A DNA stretch of 26,486 bases, taken from the NCBI GenBank assembly GCA_046583315.1, contig JAYGCN010000062.1:1-26486 (forward strand), written 5' to 3'. The notes beneath the pieces are model-generated. The model did no database searches. It saw only the letters and a list, made by a program, of their open reading frames with translations, and had not been told where the DNA came from. The stretch is from Candidatus Hydrogenedentota bacterium. GTDB lineage: Bacteria; Hydrogenedentota; Hydrogenedentia; Hydrogenedentales; GCA-2746185. Both the position numbers and the translations under genes were made by a program. Positions 24,824-26,486 of this stretch are shown in pieces; the first letter of the stretch is position 1, and every line of letters begins with the position of its first letter.

Positions 24824-24883
24824 GCCCCCACACGGGGGGTGAGACCGTGCGGGGGCGGGCGGTCCCTCGGGAGGTTGAGGGAC
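24824..24883 (-). terminator. Two GC-rich hairpins downstream of the hsp20 pair
   Basis: GCCCCCACACGG...CCGTGCGGGGGC and GTCCCTC...GAGGGAC; no clear U-tract. Confidence 0.45.
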
Positions 24884-24910
24884 GGCGTCAGGAGCGGGTG
24901 TGTGATTCAA

Positions 24911-25258
24911 TTAGTTGATGGTGATGGTCTTAGGCGCATGTTCTGCCTTTTTGCTGAGTTGTACGGTTAGTACACCATCGGCCATCGTGGCCTTTATGTC
25001 GCTCGTATCGAGCGTGTCTCCGATTTCGAAGGCACGATAGAAATCAGCATTGGGGCGTTCGTGCACGTGCCATGTCGCTTTCTCTGTTGAGGTTTCGCGT
25101 GAGCCTTCAATCAGAAGCTTGCCGTCCCGGACTTCGACCGTAGCCTTGTCTTTGGCCACGCCGGGTAATTCGGCTTCAAGGGTGATGCCGGATTCGGACT
25201 CGCTGATATTGACGCGCGGTCGAATGGCTTGTTTTGTCTCGTTGCATGGTTTGCTCAT
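24911..25258 (-). CDS. Small heat shock protein (Hsp20/alpha-crystallin), short type
   Basis: PRVNISE...AELPGV...FYRAF...IKATMADGVLTVQLSK...PKTITIN; AGAGGA RBS. Confidence 0.93.
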   Translation of the reverse strand: MSKPCNETKQAIRPRVNISESESGITLEAELPGVAKDKATVEVRDGKLLIEGSRETSTEKATWHVHERPNADFYRAFEIGDTLDTSDIKATMADGVLTVQLSKKAEHAPKTITIN

Positions 25259-25309
25259 GATTCTTATTCCTCTCTTGTTTGTGTTAATTCCCTATGCGTA
25301 CAATTGGTT

Positions 25310-25741
25310 TCATTGAACTTCAATGTGTTTCGCCTTTTGAACTTCGAGTTTGGGCAGTGTGAGGTGTAAAACGCCGTCCTCAAATCCGCCTTTTACACCG
25401 TCGTGCTGGAATCCACCGGGGATTCTAAAGGTTCGTTTGAATTCACCTGTGCGCCGCTCGATGCGATGATAGTTATCCCGTTTTTCTTCGGATGCGTCGC
25501 TACGGCTACCGTGGATGGTCACCGTGTCATCGAGAATTTCGATTTTGACGTCTTCTTTCTTCATGCCCGGCAGATCGGCATCCACCACATAGGCATCGTC
25601 CGTTTCATGGACATCTACCGCCGGAGAGAAGTCCGCGCCAGGGTTGCTACCGGCGAACCAGCGATCCAGTCCCGATCCGAAATCGTCATCGAAAAACCAG
25701 GGGGCCAGTGGGCGTCTGCGTTGCGTCAGTGCTCTACTCAT
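25310..25741 (-). CDS. Small heat shock protein (Hsp20/alpha-crystallin)
   Basis: PAVDVHET...ADLPGMKKEDV...YHRIERRTGEFKRTF.IP...FEDGVLHLTLPK; AGGAGA RBS. Confidence 0.96.
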   Translation of the reverse strand: MSRALTQRRRPLAPWFFDDDFGSGLDRWFAGSNPGADFSPAVDVHETDDAYVVDADLPGMKKEDVKIEILDDTVTIHGSRSDASEEKRDNYHRIERRTGEFKRTFRIPGGFQHDGVKGGFEDGVLHLTLPKLEVQKAKHIEVQ

Positions 25742-25818
25742 GATTCATCTCCTAATTTGAATAGTGTCTTTTTTGCTGCCCCGCTTTTTTCCGGGGCGTT
25801 TCATTCGTGACATACAAG

Positions 25819-25835
25819 TGCAACCGACGTGCCAA
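25819..25835 (-). promoter_or_regulatory. Sigma54 (-24/-12) promoter for the hsp20 operon
   Basis: Minus strand TTGGCACG-TCGG-TTGCA, an exact match to TGGCACG-N4-TTGCW, ~80 nt above the start codon. Confidence 0.85.
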
Positions 25836-25996
25836 ACGACCGCAAAAACACATAACCTGTTATTGTAATTAGAGTTACGAGATATTTGTTGACTTTGACT
25901 TGCCTTTGAATACGCTCAGAACGTATTGAATTGGGATGGCTGTGTTTCGGAACGCAACAGCGCTCGCGAGACCGAGGCGTATAGGGCGGTAAATCG

Positions 25997-26025
25997 TTGA
26001 CATGACTGTTACCCTGTGATATGCT
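25997..26025 (+). promoter_or_regulatory. Sigma70-type promoter
   Basis: TTGACA-N17-TATGCT with extended -10 TG. Confidence 0.7.
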
Positions 26026-26078
26026 CAAGATTGTTCAGGAATGGTTACATTTGTTCCGTATTCAGGAGGCATTTTGCT

Positions 26079-26462
26079 GTGAAATTTCTACCCCGTGTCG
26101 CTTCGACTCTACTGGCTGGTCTGTTGATAGTGGCAATTTCGTTGTCTTCCAGCGTTGCAACTGCCCAGAGTTACGATCCGGATCAGGACATCCAGCAGCC
26201 GGGCGTTTTTGAGAAACGTGTGGAGAAACTTGGACGTGGCCTTAGCAATATTCTTTTTGGCTGGTCCGAAATTCCTGTGACTTGGGATCGAAAGATGAGA
26301 CAGGGTAAATCCTTTACGTACCTGTTCAGCACGGCACCGGTAATGGGTGCGGTTCGCGCCTTCATGCGTACAGGAATAGGGGTCTACGAGGTATTCACCT
26401 TCCCGGTTGACACCGGCGACCGCAATTACGAACCCATTCTTGAGCCTGAGTATTTGTTCTAG
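26079..26462 (+). CDS. Exosortase system-associated protein, TIGR04073-like
   Basis: KLGRGLSNILFGWSEIP...RTGIGVYEVFTFP...PILEPEY; GTG 26079 after CAGGAGG; signal peptide. Confidence 0.8.
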   Translation: MKFLPRVASTLLAGLLIVAISLSSSVATAQSYDPDQDIQQPGVFEKRVEKLGRGLSNILFGWSEIPVTWDRKMRQGKSFTYLFSTAPVMGAVRAFMRTGIGVYEVFTFPVDTGDRNYEPILEPEYLF

Positions 26463-26486
26463 TCACTCGCTTCTGTTCGCCCGGTA

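Noticed and set aside
25778..25797. ROSE-type RNA thermometer in the hsp20 leader
   Set aside because: The GCCCCG hairpin does not cover the Shine-Dalgarno and no ROSE motif is visible

Overview
A bacterial chromosomal segment, mostly housekeeping and metabolic genes. In order: metW (5'-partial); a SpoIIAA-like protein; a decayed pair of pseudogenes (serine-hydrolase C-terminus fused head-to-head to a secretin N-domain-repeat gene); a signal-peptide BrxC/YtxJ; a lipoprotein; myo-inositol oxygenase; a ceramidase-like exported protein; a bifunctional beta-oxidation enzyme; small enzymes; a PilT-family ATPase; rsmD; nrdR; an NrdD-like ORF; ppnP; guaA; guaB; a Tat-exported Gfo/Idh/MocA oxidoreductase with a truncated paralogue; tatA; two sigma54-driven Hsp20 genes; and a TIGR04073-like protein. 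Most notable: (1) an uninterrupted ~720-aa class III ribonucleotide reductase homologue directly behind nrdR that keeps its ATP-cone but lacks the catalytic cysteines, Zn ribbon and glycyl-radical motif, so a candidate nucleotide-sensing pseudo-enzyme; (2) a palindromic repeat family present once as a compact 'empty' inverted pair (5276-5386) and once as an inverted pair bracketing ppnP (18424-19099); (3) a Tat-signal mini Gfo/Idh/MocA lacking the NAD domain; (4) a deletion junction with microhomology at ~1443-1448; (5) a DnaA-box/AT-rich intergenic region that may be origin-related. The repeated secretin N-domains recall Candidatus Hydrogenedentota proteins, but this taxonomic guess is unverified. 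All family calls come from motif recognition by eye, not database searches.
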